Assembly: GCA_035606395.1 (NCBI GenBank)
Contig: DATNFK010000007.1
Location: 69,751 to 133,750, forward strand
Origin: Terriglobales bacterium
GTDB lineage: Bacteria > Acidobacteriota > Terriglobia > Terriglobales > SCQP01
Direction: 5' to 3'
DNA: 64,000 nt
A program made the translations under genes and the position numbers. A model generated the notes under the pieces. The model ran no database searches and had not been told where the DNA came from. It worked only from the letters and a program-made list of their open reading frames with translations. Of the stretch, positions 36,986-45,605 are shown in pieces. How positions within the stretch are numbered: the first letter of the stretch is position 1; every line of letters begins with the position of its first letter.

Positions 36986-37968
36986 AAATCGTGTAGGTGC
37001 ACCAGGCCGAGCAGGCGCCGGGATCCGTCGCTTACCAGAAGGGATGTGATCTTGCGCGCTTCCATCAAATTCAGGGCCGCGGGGGCCAGCTCATCGGGAC
37101 CGATGGTGGCCGGCGAGCGGGTCATGTAATCAGCCAGTGGTATCTGCATGGCTTGCGAGCCGCGTGCCTGAAACAGGCGGCGGAGGTCGCCGTCGGAGAC
37201 CACGCCGGCGATGACGCCGTTGGGTCCAACGACGGCGGTCATGCCGAAGCCCTTGCGGCTCATTTCGTACATGACGTCGGCGAGAGGGGCATCGGGCGCG
37301 ACCATCGGAAGCGCTTCGCCAGTGTGCATGATCTCGCCGATCGGCGTGAGGCGCTTGCCCAGCGTGCCGCCGGGGTGGAGGTCGGCGAAGTCGCGCAAAC
37401 TGAAGCCGCGCTGCTCAGCGACCGCCAGCGCCAGCGCATCCCCCATGGCCAGCGCGGCGGTGGTTGAAGCGGTCGGCGCAAGCCCGAGCGGGCAAGCTTC
37501 GGCGGAGACGCCGACATTAAGATGCACGTCGGCGGCGCGCGCCAGCACCGAAGTCTCGTCGCCGGTAAAGGCAATCATGGCAATGCCCAGGCGTTTGATC
37601 GGCCCTAGCAAGTCAAGTAGTTCCTTGGTTTCGCCGCTCTGCGAGAGTGCCACCACGACATCGCCGCGCACGAGCATGCCCAGATCGCCGTGCAAGGCTT
37701 CGGCTGGGTGAAGGAATAGTGCCGGCGTCCCGGTCGAACTGAGCGTGGCCGCGATTTTGCGCGCCACAATGCCGCTCTTGCCCATGCCTAGCAGGACGAC
37801 TCGCCCGGCGCAGTCGAGTATCAGGCGCGCAGCCCGCTCGAAGGTGTCGCCGACGCGGGATTCCAGCGCTCTAACGGCGGCGGCTTCCACTGCCAAAACG
37901 CGGCGTCCGGTCGCCTGAATTGACGGAGTGGTGTTAGCGGCTTCCATGGCGGTAAACCATCGTAGCAT
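36964..37968 (-). CDS. kdsD: Arabinose 5-phosphate isomerase (KpsF/GutQ/KdsD; SIS plus tandem CBS domains)
   Basis: GRVVLLGMGKSGIVARKIAATLSSTGTPALFLHPAEALHGDLG, then two CBS modules. GGAG lies 4 nt upstream of the ATG at 37968. An alternative ATG is at 37947. Confidence 0.9.
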   Translation of the reverse strand: MLRWFTAMEAANTTPSIQATGRRVLAVEAAAVRALESRVGDTFERAARLILDCAGRVVLLGMGKSGIVARKIAATLSSTGTPALFLHPAEALHGDLGMLVRGDVVVALSQSGETKELLDLLGPIKRLGIAMIAFTGDETSVLARAADVHLNVGVSAEACPLGLAPTASTTAALAMGDALALAVAEQRGFSLRDFADLHPGGTLGKRLTPIGEIMHTGEALPMVAPDAPLADVMYEMSRKGFGMTAVVGPNGVIAGVVSDGDLRRLFQARGSQAMQIPLADYMTRSPATIGPDELAPAALNLMEARKITSLLVSDGSRRLLGLVHLHDLWTTQLF

Positions 37969-37988
37969 TGCGCTCCATCTAAATTGGA

Positions 37989-38567
37989 GTGAAGGGTTGG
38001 CGGCACTACTTTCGCTCGCGCGTGGCGCTATGGGTTTTTGTAGCGGGCGTTGCGCTTCTGGTTGGCAGCCTGATGCAGTACGGTTTTATGGCGCTGCGGC
38101 AGCATCAATTGCGGCAGCAGCAATGGTCGGTCCTGAACCGGCCCGAAGGGGCCGGAGCGCCATCGAGGGACGCCGGGCTGCGATTGATCATTCCGAGCAT
38201 CCAGCTTGACGATGCCGTGGTGCATGGCACGACCTATGAAGACTTGCTGGTTGCCCCCGGCCTGCTTGAGGGCGCGCCGCTGCCCGGCGGCAATGGCAAT
38301 ACCGTGATTGCAGGCCACCGGGATACTTTCTTTCGCCATGTAAGCGACTTGCATACCGGCGCGGAGATCGTGCTACGGAGCGGAGGCCGCACCTATGATT
38401 ACCGCGTGACTTCACGGCGCATTGTGAAGCCCACCGAAACATCGGTGCTGGATTCCAACGGCCATGCCGAGGTGACGCTGGTGACCTGCTATCCGACGTA
38501 CTGGATCGGGCCGGCGCCTGACCGGTTGATCGTGCAGGCTGTGGCCGCGACTCCGCCGGGCTTCTAG
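37989..38567 (+). CDS. Sortase-family cysteine transpeptidase (class E-like)
   Basis: N-terminal TM anchor; catalytic His in VIAGHRDTFF, Cys in TLVTCYP, and Arg in DRLIV. Confidence 0.85.
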   Translation: MKGWRHYFRSRVALWVFVAGVALLVGSLMQYGFMALRQHQLRQQQWSVLNRPEGAGAPSRDAGLRLIIPSIQLDDAVVHGTTYEDLLVAPGLLEGAPLPGGNGNTVIAGHRDTFFRHVSDLHTGAEIVLRSGGRTYDYRVTSRRIVKPTETSVLDSNGHAEVTLVTCYPTYWIGPAPDRLIVQAVAATPPGF

Positions 38568-38580
38568 TATTCTTGAGGGC

Positions 38581-39648
38581 GTGTCCCCGCCGAGTGCAAC
38601 AGCGGACGTTATTATTGTGGGCGCCGGCCTGATTGGCTTGACGCTGGCGCGCGAGCTGCACCAGCGCGGGTTTCGGGTGATGGTATTCGATCGCGGCGAG
38701 GCCGGACGGGAGGCTTCATGGGCAGGGGCGGGAATGCTGGCCGGAATGCTCACGTCCAATGCTTCGCTGCGCCCGCTGGCGCTGGCGGGGGCCAAGTTGT
38801 ATCCGTTGTGGGCCGCCGAGCTGGAGCGTGAGACCTATTTGAGCGTCGGCTATCGCCGCAGCGGCACGATCATCATTGGCGGAACCCCGCAATCGGACTG
38901 GGAGCCAATTGATGCGCAGGCGCTTGAACCCGAAGTACGAACACCGCCGGGCGCGGCGGCGTGGTTGTTGCGCGATGACCACAGCGTTGATAATCGGGCG
39001 GTGGTACGAGCACTGGTCGCATCGGTGCGCGCCCGCGGCATACATCTACGGGAACACACGCCGGTGGCTGCCATCGAAGCTGGGGTGGCAGGAGAGGCGG
39101 GGGCCAATGTAATAGTGGCAGGGGAGCGTATCACTGCGCCGGTGGTTATCAATGCGGCGGGGGCCTGGGCGGGCACATTGCCGGCGCCCTTTGCCGTGCC
39201 GGTGCGCCCGCGCAAGGGGCAGATGCTGCGTTTACGAAGCTCGCTACAATTGGAACGGGTGGTCGAGGCGCCCGGTATTTATTTGGTGCCGCGCGCGGGC
39301 GGACGCCTGCTGGTGGGCGCGACAGTGGAGGACGTGGGCTTCGATCGCGGGGTGGAGGCGGAGGCGATCGCCGGATTGCGCCGGCGCGCCGAAGCACTCG
39401 TGCCGGGTTTGGCGGAGGCCGAAATGGAGGAGTGCTGGTCGGGGCTGCGACCCTGCTCGCCCGATGAGTTGCCGATTATTGGACCGACCTCGGTCGCCGG
39501 CTATTGGGTGACGACGGCGCACTTTCGCGACGGAATTTTGCTAGCGCCGCTGACGGCCAAGATCATCACCAACGCGCTGCGGGAGGGACGGTTGACTCAG
39601 GCATTGGACCTGAACCCGTTCCTCCCGCGACGCTTCGAGAGTGTTTAG
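38581..39648 (+). CDS. thiO: FAD-dependent glycine oxidase
   Basis: DVIIVGAGLIGLTLAREL dinucleotide fold, SWAGAGML, and GHFRDGILLAPLTA-like C-terminus. 355 aa with a GTG start. Confidence 0.75.
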   Translation: MSPPSATADVIIVGAGLIGLTLARELHQRGFRVMVFDRGEAGREASWAGAGMLAGMLTSNASLRPLALAGAKLYPLWAAELERETYLSVGYRRSGTIIIGGTPQSDWEPIDAQALEPEVRTPPGAAAWLLRDDHSVDNRAVVRALVASVRARGIHLREHTPVAAIEAGVAGEAGANVIVAGERITAPVVINAAGAWAGTLPAPFAVPVRPRKGQMLRLRSSLQLERVVEAPGIYLVPRAGGRLLVGATVEDVGFDRGVEAEAIAGLRRRAEALVPGLAEAEMEECWSGLRPCSPDELPIIGPTSVAGYWVTTAHFRDGILLAPLTAKIITNALREGRLTQALDLNPFLPRRFESV

Positions 39649-39656
39649 CTTGCTTG

Positions 39657-40370
39657 CTACGGTTTTGCCGGAGCCGCGGCAGTACTGCGGTCGAGCTCGT
39701 GGGCCAACGATCGCGCCGCCGCCGGGACTGTCACACCGTGGGTACCGGTGAGGATATTGGTAGGCGTGGTGTTAGCGCCATACATGGCTGCATTGCCGTC
39801 GGTGTCGGGTTGGACCACGGCACCGGAAAGGCTGATGCCGGCGAAGGCACCCTTGCTGCGGCCGTAGGTAAGGATCTCGCTATTGAGTTTGACGTCAGTA
39901 GCGGCGGAGACGTGGCGGCCGACGGGGCCGGCGGCGGCGGAGGCCTCAGCGCCAATACGGAATTTGCTGCTCAGCAAGCTGTCGAGCTGGCTGCGGTTGC
40001 CGAACACCATGATGACATCACTGGACTGGGCACCGATTTGCAATCCCCAGCTACCGCCGCCAATGGTAATAAACAGAGGGGCACCCCAGGAACCGCCATC
40101 GCGGCACATGGCAACACCCTTGCCGTAATTGCCGCCGACGCCAAAGGCGGCTTTCTTCTCGCCCGGGATAATGGCGATGCACTGGGCATGCTCCAGGATC
40201 TCCGCCGGGATGGCTTTGTCGGGCGTGCCCATCACTTGGCGGAAGACGAGCGCCGCGCTGTTCAGGCGGGCGATATCGTCATCTTTATTGCTGCTGGCAC
40301 TGAGCAACGGTGTAGCGACCGCCAAAGCCAGGGCGCTAACGCCAATGAGCACGGAAAGATTTTTAGCCAT
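39657..40370 (-). CDS. Secreted SYLF (Ysc84/DUF500) lipid-binding domain protein
   Basis: Signal peptide MAKNLSVLIGVSALALAVA, GGSWGLQIGAQSSDVIMVF, and IGAEASAAAGPVGR...TYGRSKGAFAGISLSGA. Confidence 0.8.
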   Translation of the reverse strand: MAKNLSVLIGVSALALAVATPLLSASSNKDDDIARLNSAALVFRQVMGTPDKAIPAEILEHAQCIAIIPGEKKAAFGVGGNYGKGVAMCRDGGSWGAPLFITIGGGSWGLQIGAQSSDVIMVFGNRSQLDSLLSSKFRIGAEASAAAGPVGRHVSAATDVKLNSEILTYGRSKGAFAGISLSGAVVQPDTDGNAAMYGANTTPTNILTGTHGVTVPAAARSLAHELDRSTAAAPAKP

Positions 40371-40396
40371 GTCCGGTGGGATGACACGGCGAGGCT

Positions 40397-40879
40397 TCAG
40401 GGTTGTTTCTCGCGCAGCAGAATTACTACCTGTGCCATGGCAGTTTCGGGCAATCCCAGGCCTTCCGGAGTCTTGGCCTTAATGGACACGCGCGACCCAG
40501 AGATGGCCAACAGAGCGGCAATGCTTTCGCGCAAGCGGGCTGCGTAGGGGCCCAAACGGGGCGTTTGGAGAATGACCGTTGCGTCCAGATTGAGAATCTC
40601 CCAACCGGCAGCTTCGACTAAGTGGAGCGCGTGGCGGACGAAGGTGCTGCTGTCGGCACCGCGAAATCGTTCGTCGGTCGACGGAAAGTGGCTGCCGATA
40701 TCGCCGGCGCCGATGGCGCCGAGCAGGGCGTCGCAGACGGCGTGCAAGAGCACGTCGCCGTCGCTGTGGCCGGCTAGACCGCTGGGGTGGGCGATCTCAA
40801 TGCCACCCAGGCGCAGGGGGCGACCGGGAACGAAGGCATGGGAGTCCCATCCGGAGCCAATGCGAAGTTCGGCGGGCAT
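40397..40879 (-). CDS. ispF: 2-C-methyl-D-erythritol 2,4-cyclodiphosphate synthase
   Basis: RIGSGWDSHAF, GHSDGDVLLHAVCDALLGA, and GDIGSHFPSTDERFRGADS. Confidence 0.95.
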   Translation of the reverse strand: MPAELRIGSGWDSHAFVPGRPLRLGGIEIAHPSGLAGHSDGDVLLHAVCDALLGAIGAGDIGSHFPSTDERFRGADSSTFVRHALHLVEAAGWEILNLDATVILQTPRLGPYAARLRESIAALLAISGSRVSIKAKTPEGLGLPETAMAQVVILLREKQP

Positions 40880-40900
40880 GTTAGAGGGGAATGGGTCGGG

Positions 40901-42604
40901 CTAGGGCCAGATGCGGTGAAAAAAGCCCTTCTTGGGGGCGGCGCTGGCGGCTGCCGCGGCGGCGGTATCGTTCGACGTCGCCGTCGCCTGGGCGGCGGTC
41001 GGCTGATTGGCATCGTTCTTGGTGTCGGCCGCCGGCTTGCCTTTCTGCTGCTGTTTGAGCTTGGCCGCCGCGGCGGCTTGCAACTTGGCACTGCGTTCCA
41101 GATTGCGCTTCAATTCCGAACTCGGTGCCGGCACATCGCGATGCACTTCAGCGGCGAGTATCTGCTCGCGATTCTCGAGGTCAATCTCATTGGGTGTGAG
41201 GATTAGGTTTGGATTGTCACCCGAACTCGCGTGGCGGGCGTTGGGGTCGTTCTCGTTCGAGCCGCTGACGGATTGCGGGGTCGGGCTCGCCGGAGTATCC
41301 GCACCCTGCGGCTTGTCGGGCACGTTCGTGAAGGCAAGGGCTTGCGTGGGTGGCGTCGGCTTGGGCGCGGCGGACACGGGCGGCGGGCCGCTGATAATCG
41401 TCGCACCCACGGAGGCGTTAGGTTGGGCGGGAATCGCACCGGTGGCCACCATGGTTTCGTGGATAAGAGCATCCAGGCCAGGGGGCGGAAGATCCTCGGC
41501 CAGTTGCGGCTCGCTCAGCGAGGGGTCTCCGACCTTGTCGGCGCGGGCGATCTCCTGCTCGGGATGGGTGCTGACGAGCCCGGTCAGGTCGAGCCGATCG
41601 GCGAGGCCGCTGACCATGCCGGTGGATTTTTTGGCTGCCGCCGCGGTGCGCCCGGCGATTTCCTGGCGATTGAAGGCGATCGCCGCTTCGGTGGGGGTGG
41701 GAACCGGGGCTTTGAGAGCGGTCAGTTGGCGTTGCGCGTCTTTGGCCTCGGGGCTCACCGGGTAGCGCTCGATCAGCTTGGTGAAATCCGCGACCGCCTT
41801 GGCGCGATCGGCATCGGCATTGGCGAGATATAACTTTTGGCTCTGCGGACTGGCCTCGAGCTTGGAGGCGTCGGCATAACGGCGCGAGGTAAGCAGGTAG
41901 GAATTCGCCAATTCGTCGAGTGCGACGTCGCCCTGGCTGTAGAGAGGGTACTTTTCCAGCATCTCCTCTATCCGGCTCTGGCCTGGACGGTAGTCCGGAT
42001 ATTCGCCCCCGGCGGCACGGTCCATATAAAACTGGCCGATACGGAACTCGCGCTCGGCGAGCACTTCCTGGGTGTCGCGAAGCATTTGTACCGCTTGATT
42101 ACGCAGCGGGCTATCGCCGTAGTTTATAAGAAACGTGCGCAACTCGGCTTGGGCGCGGTTGGCCTCGGTGGGGTCGCGGTCTGGTTTTTGCAAATCGCGG
42201 TAGTGAATGGTTGCAACCTTCAACTGCGCTTCAGAAGCTTCCTTCATTTGCGGGAAGAAGGTGATGAAGTCTTTGTACTGCGCCTCCGCCTGGGCCATGC
42301 CCTCGATGCCACCCTCGCGGTACCAGGAATCGGCGATTCCCATTTTCGCGCGAGCTAGATATTCACTATCGGGATAGGCATTGAGAAGCGTCTCGAGACT
42401 CAGGCGAGCCACCGTGAACTTGCCCTTGTCCATGTCGGCCATGGCGGCGTCAAAGAGGGCCTTATCCGGCTGGTTGGATTTGACCGCCGCCAGGGGGTTG
42501 GTGCTGGCATGGTGCTGCAAGAAACAGCCGGAACTGGCAAAGGCCAAGCCCAGGGCGAAAATGACGGCCAGGCGGGGGGCGGAATGCACGGGGTTTGTCA
42601 TCAT
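40901..42604 (-). CDS. bamD: BamD-like outer-membrane assembly lipoprotein with a long low-complexity C-terminal extension
   Basis: Lipobox LAFASSGC, then about 290 aa of BamD/YfiO TPR repeats (FTVARLSLETLLNAYPDSEYLARAKMGIADSWY...). About 275 aa of Pro/Ala/Gln-rich sequence follow. Confidence 0.72.
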   Translation of the reverse strand: MMTNPVHSAPRLAVIFALGLAFASSGCFLQHHASTNPLAAVKSNQPDKALFDAAMADMDKGKFTVARLSLETLLNAYPDSEYLARAKMGIADSWYREGGIEGMAQAEAQYKDFITFFPQMKEASEAQLKVATIHYRDLQKPDRDPTEANRAQAELRTFLINYGDSPLRNQAVQMLRDTQEVLAEREFRIGQFYMDRAAGGEYPDYRPGQSRIEEMLEKYPLYSQGDVALDELANSYLLTSRRYADASKLEASPQSQKLYLANADADRAKAVADFTKLIERYPVSPEAKDAQRQLTALKAPVPTPTEAAIAFNRQEIAGRTAAAAKKSTGMVSGLADRLDLTGLVSTHPEQEIARADKVGDPSLSEPQLAEDLPPPGLDALIHETMVATGAIPAQPNASVGATIISGPPPVSAAPKPTPPTQALAFTNVPDKPQGADTPASPTPQSVSGSNENDPNARHASSGDNPNLILTPNEIDLENREQILAAEVHRDVPAPSSELKRNLERSAKLQAAAAAKLKQQQKGKPAADTKNDANQPTAAQATATSNDTAAAAAASAAPKKGFFHRIWP

Positions 42605-42646
42605 CCAATCGAGGCGCGGCGCGGAGTTGCTACTGCCCCGATTCTA

Positions 42647-43171
42647 TCACGCCGCGCGGGCAGCAACCCCGCTTTCGCCCTGCGAACGGGAGCGGCGCCA
42701 GAGCCAGATTACCAGGAGTGCCAGAGCTGCCGCGGCGCTGTCGAGGGCCGCATCCCGGACCGAAGGCCCGCGGGTCGCAATGAAGGATTGGTGGTACTCG
42801 TCGCTGGCGGCATAGGCGGTGCAAAAGATCCACGCCCGGAGTGCCGCGGGCGAGCTAAACCAAGTGCGCCCCATGGCGAAGCCACGGTAGGTCAGCGCGC
42901 CCAATAGAAAATAAACGCACACATGGGCAAATTTACGGAAGGGCTCGGCCAGGAGGTGGAGATAGTGTGGCGTGGCCAAGCCGAAAATCGCGAGCACGCT
43001 GCGCAGCAACCAATTGCTGTGTTCGCCGGAGTGCGCGTCCTGGGAAAACATGAAGATAACGACGCACATGGCCGCCACCGGCAGCCACGCTTTTAGAAAC
43101 CGCGGAAACATGGGGTCTAGATCAATTCTATCCGCTGTATTCGGCGGCAAGGCGCAAACCGAGTTCGACAT
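42647..43171 (-). CDS. VanZ-family membrane protein
   Basis: FMFSQDAHSGEHS, KFAHVCVYFLLG and SDEYHQSF...RGPSVRDAALD. The start may be the internal ATG at 43111 (MFPRFLK). Confidence 0.7.
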   Translation of the reverse strand: MSNSVCALPPNTADRIDLDPMFPRFLKAWLPVAAMCVVIFMFSQDAHSGEHSNWLLRSVLAIFGLATPHYLHLLAEPFRKFAHVCVYFLLGALTYRGFAMGRTWFSSPAALRAWIFCTAYAASDEYHQSFIATRGPSVRDAALDSAAAALALLVIWLWRRSRSQGESGVAARAA

Positions 43172-43197
43172 TCCCGCTGGGATGAGCTTCTTTCCAC

Positions 43198-44478
43198 TCA
43201 GGATGCCCGCGGAATTAAACGGCCGATGCGGCGGACGGCGGCGCCGGCGCCGCGCAGCTTGTCCTCCAGTTTTTCGTAGCCGCGGTCAAGGTGGTAGATA
43301 CGATCGATAATAGTTTCGCCCTCAGCAGCGAGCGCCGCGAGAACCAGGGAGGCACTGGCGCGCAGATCGCTGGCCAACACGGCAGCCCCCGCTAGAGGCG
43401 CCGGGCCGCGCACGATGGCGCGGTTACCCTCGATGCGGATGCTGGCGCCCATGCGGTTGAGCTCGAGCGCGTGCATAAAGCGATTTTCGAAAATGGTTTC
43501 GGTGACAACCGAGGCGCCTTCGGCCTGGGTCATAAGCGCCATATATTGCGCTTGCAGGTCGGTGGGGAATCCGGGATGTTCGGCGGTTGAGACGTCGACC
43601 GAGCGCAGGGGGGAGTTGAGTTGTGCCACCCGCAGCTGGCCGCCCTCGGCGGTGATGGAGGCGCCGGCTTCCTGCAAGCGATCGATGAGCGCAACCAAAT
43701 GTTCGGGTTGGCAATTGGTCAGCGTGACCGCGCCGCGGCTGATGAGAGCGCCGATCAGGAAGGTGCCGGTCTCGATTCGATCGGCGATGATGCTGTGGGT
43801 GGCGCCGCCGAGTTGCTTCACGCCCTGGACTCGAATGGTGGCGGTGCCGGCGCCTTCGATGCGTGCGCCCATTTTGTTCAGCAGCACGGCCAAGTCCACC
43901 ACTTCCGGCTCGCGGGCACAGTTGTTGAGCACGGTTTCGCCCTGGGCCAGCACGGCCGCCATGAGTACGTCCTCGGTCCCGGTGACGGTGATGCGGTCGA
44001 ACGTGTAATGGCAGCCGATGAGCCGGCTGGCTTCGGCAATGACGTAGCCATGCTCCTGGCGCAAATTAGCGCCGAGCTTTTCCAGACCTTTCAGATGTAA
44101 ATCGATGGGCCGGGCGCCGATGGCACAGCCGCCCGGCAGCGACACGCGTGCGGTGCCGGTGCGGGCCAAAAGCGGTCCCAAAACGAGAGTTGAGGCGCGC
44201 ATGGTCTTAACCAACTCATAGTCGGCCTCCGGATGGGTCAAGGTTCGCGCGCGCAGCCCGATTTTGTGATGGCTGCCCGATCCTTCGGTCTCGACGCCCA
44301 TGGCTTCGAGCAGCTTGCGCGTGGTCTGAATGTCGCGAACGTCGGGGATGTTTTTCAGCACCACCTGTTCGGCGGTGAGCAGGCAAGCGGCCATGGCGGG
44401 CAGGGCGGCGTTCTTGGCGCCGCTGATACGTATGGTTCCATTGAGGGGGCGTTGGCCGAGAATGACGAGCTTATCCAT
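43198..44478 (-). CDS. murA: UDP-N-acetylglucosamine 1-carboxyvinyltransferase
   Basis: MDKLVILGQRPLNGTIRISGAKNAALP and LPGGCAIGARPIDLHL (active-site Cys). 426 aa. The upstream 83 codons of the track ORF are Arg-rich junk. Confidence 0.95.
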   Translation of the reverse strand: MDKLVILGQRPLNGTIRISGAKNAALPAMAACLLTAEQVVLKNIPDVRDIQTTRKLLEAMGVETEGSGSHHKIGLRARTLTHPEADYELVKTMRASTLVLGPLLARTGTARVSLPGGCAIGARPIDLHLKGLEKLGANLRQEHGYVIAEASRLIGCHYTFDRITVTGTEDVLMAAVLAQGETVLNNCAREPEVVDLAVLLNKMGARIEGAGTATIRVQGVKQLGGATHSIIADRIETGTFLIGALISRGAVTLTNCQPEHLVALIDRLQEAGASITAEGGQLRVAQLNSPLRSVDVSTAEHPGFPTDLQAQYMALMTQAEGASVVTETIFENRFMHALELNRMGASIRIEGNRAIVRGPAPLAGAAVLASDLRASASLVLAALAAEGETIIDRIYHLDRGYEKLEDKLRGAGAAVRRIGRLIPRAS

Positions 44479-44483
44479 TGAAA

Positions 44484-45605
44484 TTAGTCTACCTGCCGTC
44501 CGGCGATCAGCGTCGCAACAATGTTGGCTTCGCTGGTCAGTACTACGCAATCGGCTGCAGCGCCGGGTGCGAGCCGGCCATGGTGGGCGGAGCCGAGGAG
44601 CCGAGCCGGGTTTGCGGTAGCGAGTTGCAAGGCGTCGGCCAGCGGCCATCCGGCAAAGCGCATTACATTGCGCACCGCCTGATCGAGTGTGAGCACACTG
44701 CCGGCCAGGCGCCCGTCTGAGCGGCACGCGTCGCCGGCGACGTCCACCTCGATTGGCCCCAGACGAAAGCGCCCGTCACCGCATCCGGTGGCGCTGATGC
44801 CATCGCTGACCAAAAGGGCGCGGTCACGGCCCTTGGCGCGCAGGAACACGTCCACCATCTCGGGCGCGACGTGAATGCCATCGGCGATGATCTCGGCGTA
44901 CAGATCGCGCCGGCTTAGCGCAAAACCCAATAAACCGGGGGAACGGTGGTCAAGCGGAGGCATGGCGTTGAAGGTGTGGGTGATGCTGCGCGCGCCAGCG
45001 GCCTGACCAGCTTCGGAGGCACGCCAATCGGCGTCACTGTGGCCCATGCTGAGGGCGATGCCGCGAGCGCTGGCGGCGGCGATGAACTCAGGAGCGCCGG
45101 CGAGTTCGGGCGCGACGGTGATCAGAGCGATGTGTCCGGCCGAGGCTTCCCAGAGCTGGTCCAATTTTTCGAGTGTTGGGAGGAGAAGATCCGTCACCGG
45201 GTGCACGCCGCGACGGGCGGGGCTGAGAAACGGCCCCTCAAGATGCAGAGATAACCCGGCGCTGCTGAGTCGCTCGACGGCGGCTAGCGTGGCGTCCCAG
45301 GGCGCCGATACGGTAGTGGCTAAAAATCTGGTTACGCCATGGCGGGCGAGGTGCCGCCGCACCGCGGCGAGGGCGGCGGAATCAGCCGACATAAAGTCGT
45401 GACCGGCGCCACCGTGGACATGAAGATCGATCATGCCTGGCGCCATGATCGTGTCGCCAAAATCGCGCACACTGGCACCGGTTGGAATGGTGACTGCACC
45501 GCGTGCGCCGGCCGCGACGACCATGCCATCCTCAACGAGAATCACGCCGGGCGAGGCCGGGCCATCGGGCAGCAGCGCGGTTGCGGCAACGAGAGCCTCG
45601 ATCAC
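44484..45605 (-). CDS. nagA: N-acetylglucosamine-6-phosphate deacetylase
   Basis: PGMIDLHVHGGAGHDF, ATTVSA, THTFNAM and ADGIHV. The GTG at 45605 overlaps the murQ TGA (GTGA). 373 aa. Confidence 0.9.
   Translation of the reverse strand: MIEALVAATALLPDGPASPGVILVEDGMVVAAGARGAVTIPTGASVRDFGDTIMAPGMIDLHVHGGAGHDFMSADSAALAAVRRHLARHGVTRFLATTVSAPWDATLAAVERLSSAGLSLHLEGPFLSPARRGVHPVTDLLLPTLEKLDQLWEASAGHIALITVAPELAGAPEFIAAASARGIALSMGHSDADWRASEAGQAAGARSITHTFNAMPPLDHRSPGLLGFALSRRDLYAEIIADGIHVAPEMVDVFLRAKGRDRALLVSDGISATGCGDGRFRLGPIEVDVAGDACRSDGRLAGSVLTLDQAVRNVMRFAGWPLADALQLATANPARLLGSAHHGRLAPGAAADCVVLTSEANIVATLIAGRQVD

Noticed and set aside
38568-38580. A TPP riboswitch upstream of thiO.
   Set aside because: Only 13 nt separate thiO from the sortase stop codon, which leaves no room for a ~100-nt aptamer.
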